Source: Eledone cirrhosa
Taxonomy: Eukaryota
Reading direction: 5' to 3'
Length of the DNA: 64,000 nt
Assembly (NCBI GenBank): GCA_964016885.1
Contig: OZ024742.1
Span: forward strand, 196,664,001-196,728,000
This document shows, in pieces, positions 53,045 through 64,000 of the stretch (its first letter is position 1; each line of letters begins with the position of its first letter). Made by a program: the position numbers and the translations under genes. Below the pieces are notes generated by a model that saw nothing but the letters and a program-made list of their open reading frames with translations, was not told the origin of the DNA and did no database searches.

Positions 53045-53430
53045 ATCTGTACTGTTGTGTCTAGAATTGGAATATGGGTGGGAGGGCTTTGTTTTCTTAT
53101 GTCTGCTGCTGTCTAGAATGGCAATATGCAGAGTCATTGTTTCCATATATCTACTGTTGTCTACAATGGGGATATGTGGGGTCATTGTTTTCAAATGTCT
53201 GTTGTGTTTACAATAGAGATATGTGGGGGTCATTGTTTTCATTGTCTGCTATTGTCTACAATGGAGATATGTGGAGTCATTGCTTTCATGTCGGTTGTGT
53301 CTACAATGGGGATATGTGGGGTCATTGTTTTCATATGTCTGTTGTGTCTACAATGGAGATATGTGGGGTCATTGTTTTCATATATCTACTGTTGTCTAGA
53401 ATGGAGAGTAGGCCATGTCATTGTTTTCAT
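53045..53430. repeat. Minisatellite of about 43 bp
   Basis: Recurrent GTCTACAATGG(G/A)GATATGTGGGGTCATTGTTTTCA. Confidence 0.85.
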
Positions 53431-53492
53431 GTTTTGTTATTTTGCTAAATGTCCAATGATTTTAGAATTTGAATTTTTTTCTTTCTTCACAG

Positions 53493-53526
53493 ACAATCTG
53501 CTTCTTTTACTGATTACCGATCCTGA
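53493..53526 (+). CDS. NUP214: NUP214 terminal coding exon
   Basis: ctttcttcacag|A CAA TCT GCT TCT TTT ACT GAT TAC CGA TCC TGA; GQSASFTDYRS* resembles the FGGWRS* end of vertebrate NUP214. Confidence 0.85.
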
Positions 53527-53674
53527 TTGGCTGATTGCAAAGAAGCCATTTACAAGAAAACTCCTCACCATTTTGCTGAGGTCTTCACCAAAGTATGTGT
53601 TCTTCCAGGCAAATAGACATTTTTGTTAGCCCACGAAACCTTTGGTTGTAAATGGAATATAATGTGTATGAATC

Positions 53675-53775
<101 letters not shown>

Positions 53776-54169
53776 TTGTGTCATTCACCATCAATTTGCC
53801 CTACCTTTTATCTACTAACTGGAACCACTCCATCCATCAGTAACATTTAAGTCCTGTATCTAATTAGTTTGTTTTTTTTCTCCTTGTCTTCAAAAGACAT
53901 TAATAATTATGATGATGATGATGGTGGCGGCAGTAGTCTTGGAATGGATGTACTGCATTATGTGAGGTTGAAAGGAAGAAAAATGATAGAATGATAAACT
54001 AGGCAAAACAAATATAGAATGAATATTAAATAAATGAAATAAGAAACTTCTACATCATGAGAGAGAGAATTAAAGTGAATTTACTGAGACAGTTGTGTAT
54101 AAATGTTTTAATTCTTTCATATATATATGTGTACATGTGTGTGTGTGTGTGTATATATGCATGTATGTA

Positions 54170-55505
54170 TACCATCATCATCATCACTGTTTCTTTTCCA
54201 TGATTTCGTGGATTACACATGCTGTCAGGTTATGCTAGACAGGTCAGATAACCATGTCTTGTTCTAAGGCTTGGTTTTTATGACTGGATTCCCTTCCTAA
54301 CACCAACCACTTTATGGAGTGGATTGGGTGCTTTTATGTCATGGCACCAGTACAACCATCAGATATGGTGGATTGGTGCTTTTTTGTTGCAGAATCAGCA
54401 CAACCTTGTTACTGGATGAATTACATGAGTTTTCTCATATAAAATGAGAGCAAACATCAGGCTACATGTTGCTTGCTATAGACTGGGGGGCATCCTACAG
54501 TGGAAGAGCAATCAACATGTGGGGATAACTGAAGAGAGTGACTTACGCTTGGCAAAATGTTGTTGAATGTGTCTCGCTCTTCATGCTTGCAAGAGTTGGA
54601 CAGGTCAGATGCACTGTGGATACAGTCGTGCTCTAAAGCTAGGCTGGACATGGGGAGAAGGGAGCAGGCTATATGTTGATTGCCAGGAGTGGGCTGACAT
54701 CCCACCATCCGAGGAAGAAGCACTGGATTATGGAGGTGACCCTGAAGTGAGTGGGTGGTGTCTGACATAATGTGGGTAGAATGTGCCTGGCTTTCTGTGT
54801 TAGACAGGATGAATGTGTGAAAGTAGGGGGGCATGGATTAGATGGGGAAGTTTCATCAGAGAAGTCCACCTTAGATTTACATGTTGGCCAGGGTTGGGTA
54901 AACAAGACTAGAGGGAGCTGGAGAAGTGTGGGGGAGGGAGTAAGAAAGTTATGAGTGTACAGAAGGAGGGGGTTGTTCAGATGGGGAAATTAGGAGTACA
55001 TTGTCAGACAAGGACTTAAAATGTTCCACCACGCTGCTTCTTTGGGTTTAAGGTGAGGGGAGTCAAGACTGTACTGGTTGGTGAGTGGGGGGTATCTTCT
55101 CCATGCTTGTTTTATCCTGCTTGCATGAGAAAGTAAGTGTTCTGTAGTATGCCATGTCTCTAGTCATCTTGACCCTGGGTCATCTCCTTCATGGGGTCGG
55201 TCTTCACAACAGCGTGCCAAATTTTCCTAGGTCTTCCATAAGTTCCATCGAGCGCTCTTCATTTCTTTATGCAACTGTCATCCTCCATATCCATCACATG
55301 TCCATACCAGTATAGTCTCCTCTCCAGCACACTGCATCTGTCAGTTTTTCTCTTAGTTCATTGATGCTTCATCATTCATTTATGCTACTGTTACACATCT
55401 GTTGGAGCATGCTTCCATGTGGCATTGCCATTCATCCACAAGCATCATACAATCTGCCTTTCACTCTGTGAGAGAAGTTTTTTGTAGCCAGCAGTGGTAG
55501 TAGCT
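54170..55505 (-). mobile_element. Decayed copy of the same RTE-like LINE family (3' ORF remnant plus 3' UTR)
   Basis: 55200-55505 aligns by eye with 44100-44490; the 3' UTR module GCCCTTCCTAACACCAACC-like and a (GAT)n tail lie at about 54170-54350. Confidence 0.6.
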
Positions 55506-57527
55506 GACTATATCCATTAAATGATGGTGATTATATATGTATGTGTGTATATATATGTATGTGTGTGTGTGTGTGTGTGTGTGTATACATATATATATAC
55601 GTACATGTTTGTTTAAAATGTTGGAATCCAAATGCAGAAATCACTATAAATAATAGTTTTAGAAAATCAGGTAAAATACCTTTAAGGATAAAAAAAAAAG
55701 TGACCAGTAGCTAACTAGCTATTTCTTCATTGGGATTCCAACATTTCAAATCATCTAATCATCTCAATAAATCATAAGATACATGTTTATGTATATACAT
55801 CGTTTTATTAAAGATTTACAATAATTATTGTTTTTGTTTGTATTTTCAAAAGTAATATCCTAGATTATTGATCCAGCTAATTAGCAATGACTGAGTTACC
55901 CTACCTCTAGAGTAGTCTCAGGTTTCGAATAATCGTCACCACCCCCAATTATCAATCTTTTTTTTCAGATTTTTTTCGACCCCCCCAATACATCTTATTA
56001 AATTTTATTTTAAGTAATAGCATTGCTGTGAAAATTATTTATCTTTAGACATTAAAAAACATTATACATGACAAAATAAGTACATTACTAGAAATCCTAT
56101 ACAATATAAAATAAATAGCATAGGTTGGAGTCTCAATATGTAAACTAAACAACTAATTCTGGCTTTTAAAAAAAAATCAATGGAGACAACCTAGAAAAAT
56201 TACCAATACTCCATTATTTGGCACTTGAGAGTAGGTACTGAAGTGTATGCTATAGTTTGCCACCTTAGGTTGTGTAGCATTTTAAGAATTGAGTGTTTTG
56301 TCCAAGTGTATTTTTGCAATGAAGTCATTTTTACTTTACTATAATCCTTTTTTTAGTGGCTGTTCAGCACATTATTGTAAGAGTTTGAGTTTGATTCCTT
56401 GTGGTACATTGTGTCTTTAAGCAAGGCACTTTATTTCATGTTATTCTAGTCCACTCAGCTAGAAAAAAAATGAGCTGTACCTATAATTCAAAGGATCAAC
56501 CCTGCCATACTGAATTCCCCTGATAACTATGTTCACTCACTGCATGAAATGGAAAGTGTGATGCTGGTGGTAAATCCTGTAATTCTCTCCTAACTTGTAT
56601 GAGAGGATCTTCACTCCTAAATATTGAGAGGGTCTGCACTCCTAAATATCTGGCATTTACATCTGTGTATAAGGCAGCAAATTGGCAGAATCATTAGGAC
56701 ATTAGATAGAAGGCTTTGTGATATTTGTTCCAGTGCTCTGAGTTCAAAATCCAGTGAGGTGAACTGCCTTTCATGGTTGAAAAAAAAAGGTACTAGTTCA
56801 GTACTGGGGTCAATTCTTCCTATATATCTATTTCTCACTATCTCTACATTGAAGTGTCAGAGTTTCTGGGGGTTTTATAATCCAATACACATTATGGAAG
56901 AGTAGTGATGACCAGGTATGTAAGATGAGGTTATAGCAGATTTTTATATACTTCTGTATGTGATTTCTGATTTAGGCACAAGGCCAACAATTTGAAGGGA
57001 GGAGAAAGTCGATTAAATCGACTGCAATGCATTACTAGTGCTTTATTTTATCGACCCTGTAAGGATGAAAGGCAAAGCTAACCTCGGCGAGATTTGAACT
57101 CAGACTGTAAAGGGCTGTAACTCTATATTGCAAAGCATGGTGTCTGATGCTCTACTGATACTGCCAAGAAATTTATTTGGAAATAGACGTTTAATAATTT
57201 TTTATATCAAATTGAAAAAAAAGTAATGACTGTCTTTGATGGGGATGTTGAACTCTTTGTTAATTGATTGTGTGTTATTCCAGAGGTAATGGTGATTTGT
57301 TTTTGAATTTTGGTATAAAAGAATCATTTTGTCTGAGGTGCAGCTGAAACACTGCTCTGACCTAGGTGTAGAATCCGTCACTCTCTCCTTTTTTCCCTTT
57401 CTTTCTTCCTTTGTCTAGTAGTCTTTGCTTTTCTTCTCATTTATAGTCTTTTCCAATGTTGCTCTCTTTTTCTATAGGTTTATATAACTCTACTATGAAA
57501 TAAAACTAACTATATATATATATATAT

Positions 57528-58147
57528 ATATAAACAAGGTTTAGTAAATAATGAAAAAGTTTCAAAATAAATTTTAAAAAATTGACTTTACCTACTATAG
57601 TTACCTTTACCGATCGGTTTCGAATCCCAAAAATAAAACGGAGACCATACGGCCTTCGTTGCAAAGAGAGATTCTCGTCAGAAGGTTCTTTTCATTCAAA
57701 GAATATAAAATTCCTGAATTTAAATCACAAACTAGCGCTATCAAAAACTGTTCCTGGGATGAGAGTGGATGATGTAGAACAGGTTTATCAAGGGCCGTAG
57801 CAAAGATAGAGGCAAAAGGAGGTAGGTCAAACTAGCCACCGCTGTTGCCAGCAGCAGTCGGAATGACCCGGTTTGTTCTCAACGTTAGTGGAGGTAGTAA
57901 TATAAAATACGTCCCTTCACGCACAATGCGCCAAGGTACGCATGTATTGTCCAACCAAGTGCCAATGTGGTTCAATGGCGGGTTAATAAATTAACGAGCC
58001 AGAACAAATATAAACAAGGTATAGTAAATAATGAAAAAGTTTCAAAATAAATTTTAAAAAATTGACTTTACCTACTATAGTTACCTTTAGCTACGGCCCT
58101 TGATAAACCTGTTCTACATCATCCACTCTCATCCCAGGAACAGTTTT
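57528..58147 (-). mobile_element. Non-coding hammerhead-containing retroelement (retrozyme or non-autonomous Penelope-like element)
   Basis: 82-nt direct repeat (57528-57609 vs 58008-58089, 1 mismatch, period 480); 58-nt inverted segment (58090-58147 is the reverse complement of 57744-57801); flanked by (TA)n; contains the hammerhead. Confidence 0.7.
57603..57686 (-). ncRNA. Type I hammerhead ribozyme
   Basis: Minus strand reads ACCUU-CUGACGA-GAAUCUC-(39 nt)-GGGAUUC-GAAA-CCGAUCGG-UA^AAGGU. Both core boxes are intact, stem I has 5 bp, stem II has 7 bp, stem III is palindromic, and the cleavage triplet is GUA. Confidence 0.85.
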
Positions 58148-60641
58148 ATATATATATTTTCATGGTATATTTACCTTGCATAATTATCTCACACAATATC
58201 GAATCTGAGATTTTGAAAGTATTTATTTTGAGAACAATACCTTATCAGTTTGAGCGACCAGTTTCAACAGAAAGAGGTAGAGAATTCTGGCTGGTTTGAA
58301 CGTTAAAGAGTTAAGTCAATTTGCATGTTTTATATCTCTGATACTATGGGCATATGGCTAGAATGTCTCAGGAAAGAATTGCTGGATAGATTTTACGGGA
58401 CAAAACCAATATTCTTGGGGTGGGGGTCTGTAGTCAGGGTTACTATTCCAAGAAGATAAACAACTATCATGTGTTAAATTTAGAAGGATTTAGGGTTTGT
58501 TTTTATATTTTCAATAGCTTTGGCTTTTGTTTCTGCTCTCTCCATTTTATAAGAGTACTTAAGATCATTCTCAATTTCTACCAGTCCCTATTTAAAGGGG
58601 ATGGGATTTCTTGCTCTTTCTTTAAGAATCCCTAACTTGTTTATGAACTTTCCTATATCTGGAGATTTTATTTTTGTCTCAAAAGCTATTTTTAATTAAA
58701 TAAATTAAATGCATAACTTGCAATATCAATGTAAATTGTCTGAGTTTTATGTTGTTGTCTTGCATGGAGAGACTTTCAGACTAGTTTTGTGCAAGGATCT
58801 CTTTCTCAATCATTTTCCAGGTAAGGTAACTACTCTTAGATCTTGAATAATGCCCTCCCCCCTCTTATTAAATTTTCTTTTTGTAGCCTACAGTATGCAA
58901 ACCAACAGTCAGAAATTATGGAGTTAGGGCAGATAAATTGACATACTATAGGGATCGATGTTCCAGCATTGAGGACAGTGATCAAAAAGATAATTTTTTT
59001 GCCTGCTGTTTATTGTCTATTTGCTTACCTGTCTAGCGAACAGGCTTTCATCAGCTTCAATAACACAGCTATTTCTGCCAATTTGTTGAGGATGTCTTAG
59101 AAAATATTCAACACAAGAAACATGCTCCAATCATAAATTGCTGTTTGAGAGCATATCTCCCCCCCCCCCCCCCCCCCCAAATCTATTTGACTTGGTCTGT
59201 CACATTCACACTGCCTTTTGGAGAGAAATCCAATGCTCCGGTGAAAGGCAATTGTTTTTCTTTGTTCACTCCAGATTAACAGCCATACAAACAGAAAATA
59301 GAAACACTTTATATATTTTTCTACAGAAGATTTTGGAAATGTTTTGTAGAAATTCAAATAATTTCTCAGTAAACATTTAGGTAGGTTGTTCTGGAGAAGC
59401 ATCAACTTTTGCTTTCTCTTTAGTTACTAACCCAGCCAAAACCAGCTCTGGTTCTATAAAATAACGCCACCCATTTTAAAGGGTTCCAATTAAAATTTTC
59501 GAGCATAATTTTATAAACAACCTTACATTAAGTTACTATCTTAGTAATGAAATAATTTTAGTAAATCCCTCAAAAATGTTCATGGATTAATTAAAATAGT
59601 GTATTTTATTAGAAATGCAGTCATGAAAGGGTTGATAATTTTTGCTTCATTGTCTTGAATAACTAAACGTATCATTACACATTTATTTGGTTAATTATAT
59701 GTAGAAGAATAATTATAGCATTAGCCTTTAATTTTAATATATGTGATAGCAGGCTTGAAGTATTTAATGTGCAAGCATGGAATGATATCACAGACTGGGT
59801 AGGTAGTGTGCAAATTGTTCTATTTATTAGAAATAGAATCCAAGAATATTATTTAGTATCAATATAAAAAGCTAAAAGAATATAGTAATCATCAAGCTGT
59901 TCCTTCTCCACAGTGAGATTACAGCTCTGGTACTACGAACATGTAAGAATTACAGGACAGATTTTAAATACCATCACTTTCTTTCTTGGAAAAAGTTACA
60001 TCTATGGTGCAAATTTGCTTTTTGGTCCAGCCGTTTGGCGAAAAGTGTGTTACATACATACGGCCGTCAGCTTTATAATATAGATATGGTAAAGAAAGGA
60101 TTAAGTTGATCCTTGAGTCAATGAAAAACATTTACAATAACAATGTGTATGTATATATATAGAGGAAGATCTGATGATATAATTAATACATGATTACTGT
60201 GTGTGTGTGTATGGAAGTCATAGTGCAGTGAAATATTTACAAATCCTTTTGATACGAAACCGCCTTTGGTTTTGATACAAAACTGTTGCTTTTAACATGT
60301 TTATAGTTATCTAAAACTTTTCATTATAATTTTAGAAAAAAAAAAAACTTAATTTTATTCCAAACATCAGTTTAATTTCAAGAAAGTTATTTATATTACT
60401 AAATCCCTCTAAATTCTTGGTTATTTTCAAAATTATTTGAAAGTCATAGGTAGTATCTTTAAAAAAAAAAGAAAATATTTTCTCTTTTTTTTCTTAGATA
60501 ATAAAAGAACATTCCAAAGTTTCATCCAAAAATAAAGAATATGTTAATACTGATTAAAATGTCTGAAATCTATGAAGATTTATATACAGTGACCACTACT
60601 ACTCATGATTAGGAACTTAATAAAATTGAAAACAGTGTTTC

Positions 60642-60813
60642 GGACCTGTCAACTCGCCCCGTCTTATAGGGAGATCTCTCACCCACTTTGGGGTGGGTGA
60701 GAGATGTCTTCTCTTGTGAAAATGGATATAGCTTTCATTATGTAAAATCTCCCCATTTTGGTGTACATTTTTCGTGGTACTCCCTGTTTGCGTTTTTAGA
60801 GGTTGACAGGTCT
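60642..60813. mobile_element. Short MITE with 12-bp TIRs
   Basis: GGACCTGTCAAC...GTTGACAGGTCT with AGTGTTT duplicated on both sides. Confidence 0.6.
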
Positions 60814-61371
60814 AGTGTTTTGTAGTAAGCTGGTTAGCCTGCTTTCCTTAGTACACAGTACTAAGGAAGTTCACTTCGCAATTATGAGGTCCTGAGTTTG
60901 ATGCATTCAAGTTGACACATTCCTTGTGAGTGAAATTGGGTAGATGGAAACTGTTTGGAAGCCCGTCAGATGAACTGTACCTATAATTCAAAGGCCCAGC
61001 CGTGTCGCACTGAACCTCTCTGTGAATAGCATTAAAGGGGCAAGTGTCTGTGGAATGCTCAGCCACTTACACTTTAATTTCTTTAGCAATCTGTTCCATT
61101 GTTCGAATAACTGGAACACTCATCTTCGGAACCGACGGAAGTCCATTCCAGTATTACCGCTATATTGCAAGCTTTTCTTATTCCCTTTTTGGTAATAATT
61201 CGACACCTGTATTTTTTCAAATGTTGGTGAAATAAAATCTATTCATGCAAAAGAATCATGGAAACACCCCGTGTAGTACAACTATATTTTAAGCATGCAA
61301 ATATAGAGTTCGTTGTTATTTCACATAAGTGAATAAAATTATATAAATAGTGAATATACATAAATATATAT

Positions 61372-62709
61372 TTAATATACAATCGTCCATTTCGAAGGTT
61401 GTTCGCAGTCTGTTCCTTCTTCTTCTTTACATAGCCTATTAAATGTTGTGATTGTCTTAAAGCCTAAAATTTCCCTTTCCTCTTGAATTCGGAATGAAAA
61501 TGTCGATAAGTGTGTGCCAATAAAATATCTAGCATGGGCACATATCCATTGATCAATAATAGCCACACCGCCATCCATGTATTTTGATAAAACAGTCTTT
61601 GATGGTATAAAATTAAAAACTTCGTATTTTTTTATAAACTTCGTTCTTAGCTTTTCAACATCGTCTGGATCATCGGATGCAATAAAAACTTTCTTTAATC
61701 CAAACTTTTTGAGGAGTTTTTTCATTTGTTTGGCCGCAAACTTCAGCGTAGGAACATGGTCTTTGTGAGCACGTAAATAATCTTTGCGGCGTAAATGCAC
61801 ACTCAGATAAGGACCGCCAAATGCATTTCGTTCTTTGCGGATCATTTTCCGCCAGTCGGAATCCCAGATGGTTCTGTCAGTTTCGTCAGTAGAATTAAGG
61901 AATTCCGCACGGAATTTGTCGCCTATATCACGGAGATCTTTGGAGAATACCATACTTCTCCGAGCACGCCAATAATCTTTGTCGCCGTAGATATCATGCA
62001 ACAGATTTTCAGCACGATCTACCAAGACAGAATTAGAAGTAGTATTCTTTAACAAAACAGGCTTCATTATACCAGCATGGCCTTGAACAGATAGGCATTT
62101 AAAGTTCTTGGCACGGACGCCGTCATAGTAACCAAAAAACCAGCCTTTCCAAAGATTATTCTCATCTAATTCATACCGATTTTTATCCAAGCATTCACGC
62201 TCGTCGATTTTCTCTTCAAATTTTCCATCAGACCATCCTTCTTTATAATGCTGTAAATAATAAACCTGATCTATATGTCCTTTAGGGTTACTCACTTGCA
62301 AGAAATCATCAAATTCTATAGTTGGTACATGATTCGAGAGGCTTTCTACATTGAAAAATAGTGACCATGGTATACGTATCTGCTTTCCTTCTAAGTTGTC
62401 TGAGTGCCAATGGTAAAGATGACCCCAAGGAGGGAGTACTAATACCCATGGTTCAACTTCATTGAGATTTTTAGCCAAATTAGCTACTCGCATATAAACA
62501 TCTCTCCGGAGGTTGAATCCTTCACCGTGATTTACATCATATAATAAATACCTGGTACTTTTTGCTATCCCAAATGCTACATTCTGCACGCCAGGGACTT
62601 GATAGGGTACATCATCTAAGTTATTATGGCAGTAAGTGGGCATAAAATAGTAAAATAATATATAGAATAAAGCACCACATGTGTTCAAATTTGCCACGTA
62701 CACGTCCAT
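61372..62709 (-). CDS. POFUT2: GDP-fucose protein O-fucosyltransferase 2, single-exon CDS (445 aa)
   Basis: Uninterrupted ORF with an N-terminal hydrophobic stretch and the motifs RYLLYDVNHGEGFNLRRDVY, VLVLPPWGHLYHW, GGPYLSVHLRRKDY, DGGVAIIDQWICAHARYFIGT, STFSFRIQEERE, CEQPSKWTIVY. Confidence 0.96.
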   Translation of the reverse strand: MDVYVANLNTCGALFYILFYYFMPTYCHNNLDDVPYQVPGVQNVAFGIAKSTRYLLYDVNHGEGFNLRRDVYMRVANLAKNLNEVEPWVLVLPPWGHLYHWHSDNLEGKQIRIPWSLFFNVESLSNHVPTIEFDDFLQVSNPKGHIDQVYYLQHYKEGWSDGKFEEKIDERECLDKNRYELDENNLWKGWFFGYYDGVRAKNFKCLSVQGHAGIMKPVLLKNTTSNSVLVDRAENLLHDIYGDKDYWRARRSMVFSKDLRDIGDKFRAEFLNSTDETDRTIWDSDWRKMIRKERNAFGGPYLSVHLRRKDYLRAHKDHVPTLKFAAKQMKKLLKKFGLKKVFIASDDPDDVEKLRTKFIKKYEVFNFIPSKTVLSKYMDGGVAIIDQWICAHARYFIGTHLSTFSFRIQEEREILGFKTITTFNRLCKEEEGTDCEQPSKWTIVY

Positions 62710-63344
62710 TTTGATACTGAATAAATCAACATCCGATTTTATGCAAGGGACATAATTCTATTACTCTCACTGACATGGTGGTGGTTGTGTTGGAGCCAGG
62801 CTGATCTATTATGAAAAACGTTCCAGCCATCAGCTTCCTGACATGTTTTTCAGAAAATTTCTCTTCCACCTTTTTCTTTCCTTAGAGAAATGTATTACTG
62901 AAAAAAAAAGAAGAAAAACTAGTTGATATGTTAGTCGAAGGACATCAAGAAAGTTTCAATAATAACTCCCGTAATTTTGCCGATTATGTACATACTAAAA
63001 AATGAAACTAGCTATGAGAAATGTAAAAAATAAACCTGGCTTACTTAAATTACTGAAACGCAATACCCATTATCATATAAACCAGATGTTTAAATATCTT
63101 TAGATTATTTCTAACCTTATTGTTATCGTTTTTGTTGTTTAATTTATGACAACTATAAATAGGATACATTGTTCAACTGTAACGTTGAATAATTTTATAA
63201 TATGTTTTAACAAACGAAAAGACTATGCAGATATATACAGTACTAAAAAAAAGGAAAAGAAAAATGGGAGGGAATAATAAGGAAGAAAAAAAGTGAAGAT
63301 ATGCACACTCAAAGGAGCGCTGGATCTTCCCTCTAATAATTTTT

Positions 63345-63545
63345 GAAGCAAGCCAACACACAACATTGTTGTCGTTGATAGCGAGGTTACGGCGCTGGAA
63401 TAACCAAGTAGCCCGACGGGCACCACCTGATACGTCGGTAGAGCAAGCAGATAACAATGAGAAGAACCTCATTGTTAGTGGTCCAGCTTCCCCAAAGGTC
63501 TCGAATGTCACAGCGTGGAAAAACAGTTCGCCAATAATTTCTGGT
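63345..63545 (-). mobile_element. Remnant of a restriction-like-endonuclease non-LTR retrotransposon (CRE-like C-terminus)
   Basis: FHAVTFETFGEAGPLTMRFFSLLSACSTDVSGGARRATWLFQRRNLAINDNN resembles the ETxG...TGD.R...LFQRLSLAIQRGN terminal motif. Confidence 0.55.
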
Positions 63546-63779
63546 ATTTAATATAATACACACAATTATATAATTAAAGCGGAAAAAAAAATCACTTCGA
63601 CACTATATCTCTAAGGTTAATTACACAGAGGTACCACCCACATGAAAAACAACAGTTTAAAATATTTAAATAAACGCGATTTATATAATAGATTTATATT
63701 TAATACAAAAGAATCTTGGGTGATGATTGAAAGAATAAGATTGTGAATACAAACGGTCCTCCGAATGTTTTTTTTAAAT

Positions 63780-64000
63780 AACGTTATTCGACAGTGTGCG
63801 TAACTCGGCGATCAGAAAGTCGCTTCATGTAGAGCTGCGACTTCTCCAAATTGACAGACCACAGCTCCGATACGACAGGCATGTGTTTAGATTGTCCCAG
63901 GAAAGAATTGCTGGACAGATTTTACTGGTAAAACCAACTGACAGGAGACCCAAGAGTAGATCTCGAGCAAAATTCACTGGATAACATCCAAGAGCTCATC
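63780..64000 (+). mobile_element. Decayed RTE (Expander/Rex3-like) LINE 3' fragment, running off the window end
   Basis: RNSAIRKSLHVELRLLQIDRPQLRYDRHVFRLSQER...PTDRRPKSR; related antisense fragments at about 32690-32860 and 37320-37535. Confidence 0.6.

Noticed and set aside
59960-60087. Helitron 5' end on the minus strand (TCTATATTATAAAG...)
   Set aside because: Plausible, but I could not identify a matching 3' hairpin and CTRR end

Overview
This is AT-rich, microsatellite-laden eukaryotic genomic DNA. The SINE/LINE repertoire suggests an octopod cephalopod, which is an inference. About 53 kb of the + strand holds the last 24 coding exons of the nucleoporin NUP214 (443..53526). All introns are GT-AG, the phases are mutually consistent, and the exons total 6015 nt (2004 aa plus stop). 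The 5' part of the gene lies upstream of the window. A convergent, intron-free POFUT2 CDS lies at 61372..62709 (-). Introns and intergenic DNA contain RTE-clade LINEs (one family with a PHD finger inside the RT, one with three C-terminal C2H2 fingers arranged head to tail), tRNA-derived SINEs, TTAA- and TA-flanked MITEs, fold-back elements and a 5.1-kb 37-bp satellite with an internal inversion. The most notable find is an intact type I hammerhead ribozyme (57603..57686, -). It sits in a non-coding 480-nt repeat-unit element whose 5' end maps to the ribozyme cleavage site, consistent with a retrozyme or non-autonomous Penelope-like element. Most short ORFs in the supplied track are spurious.
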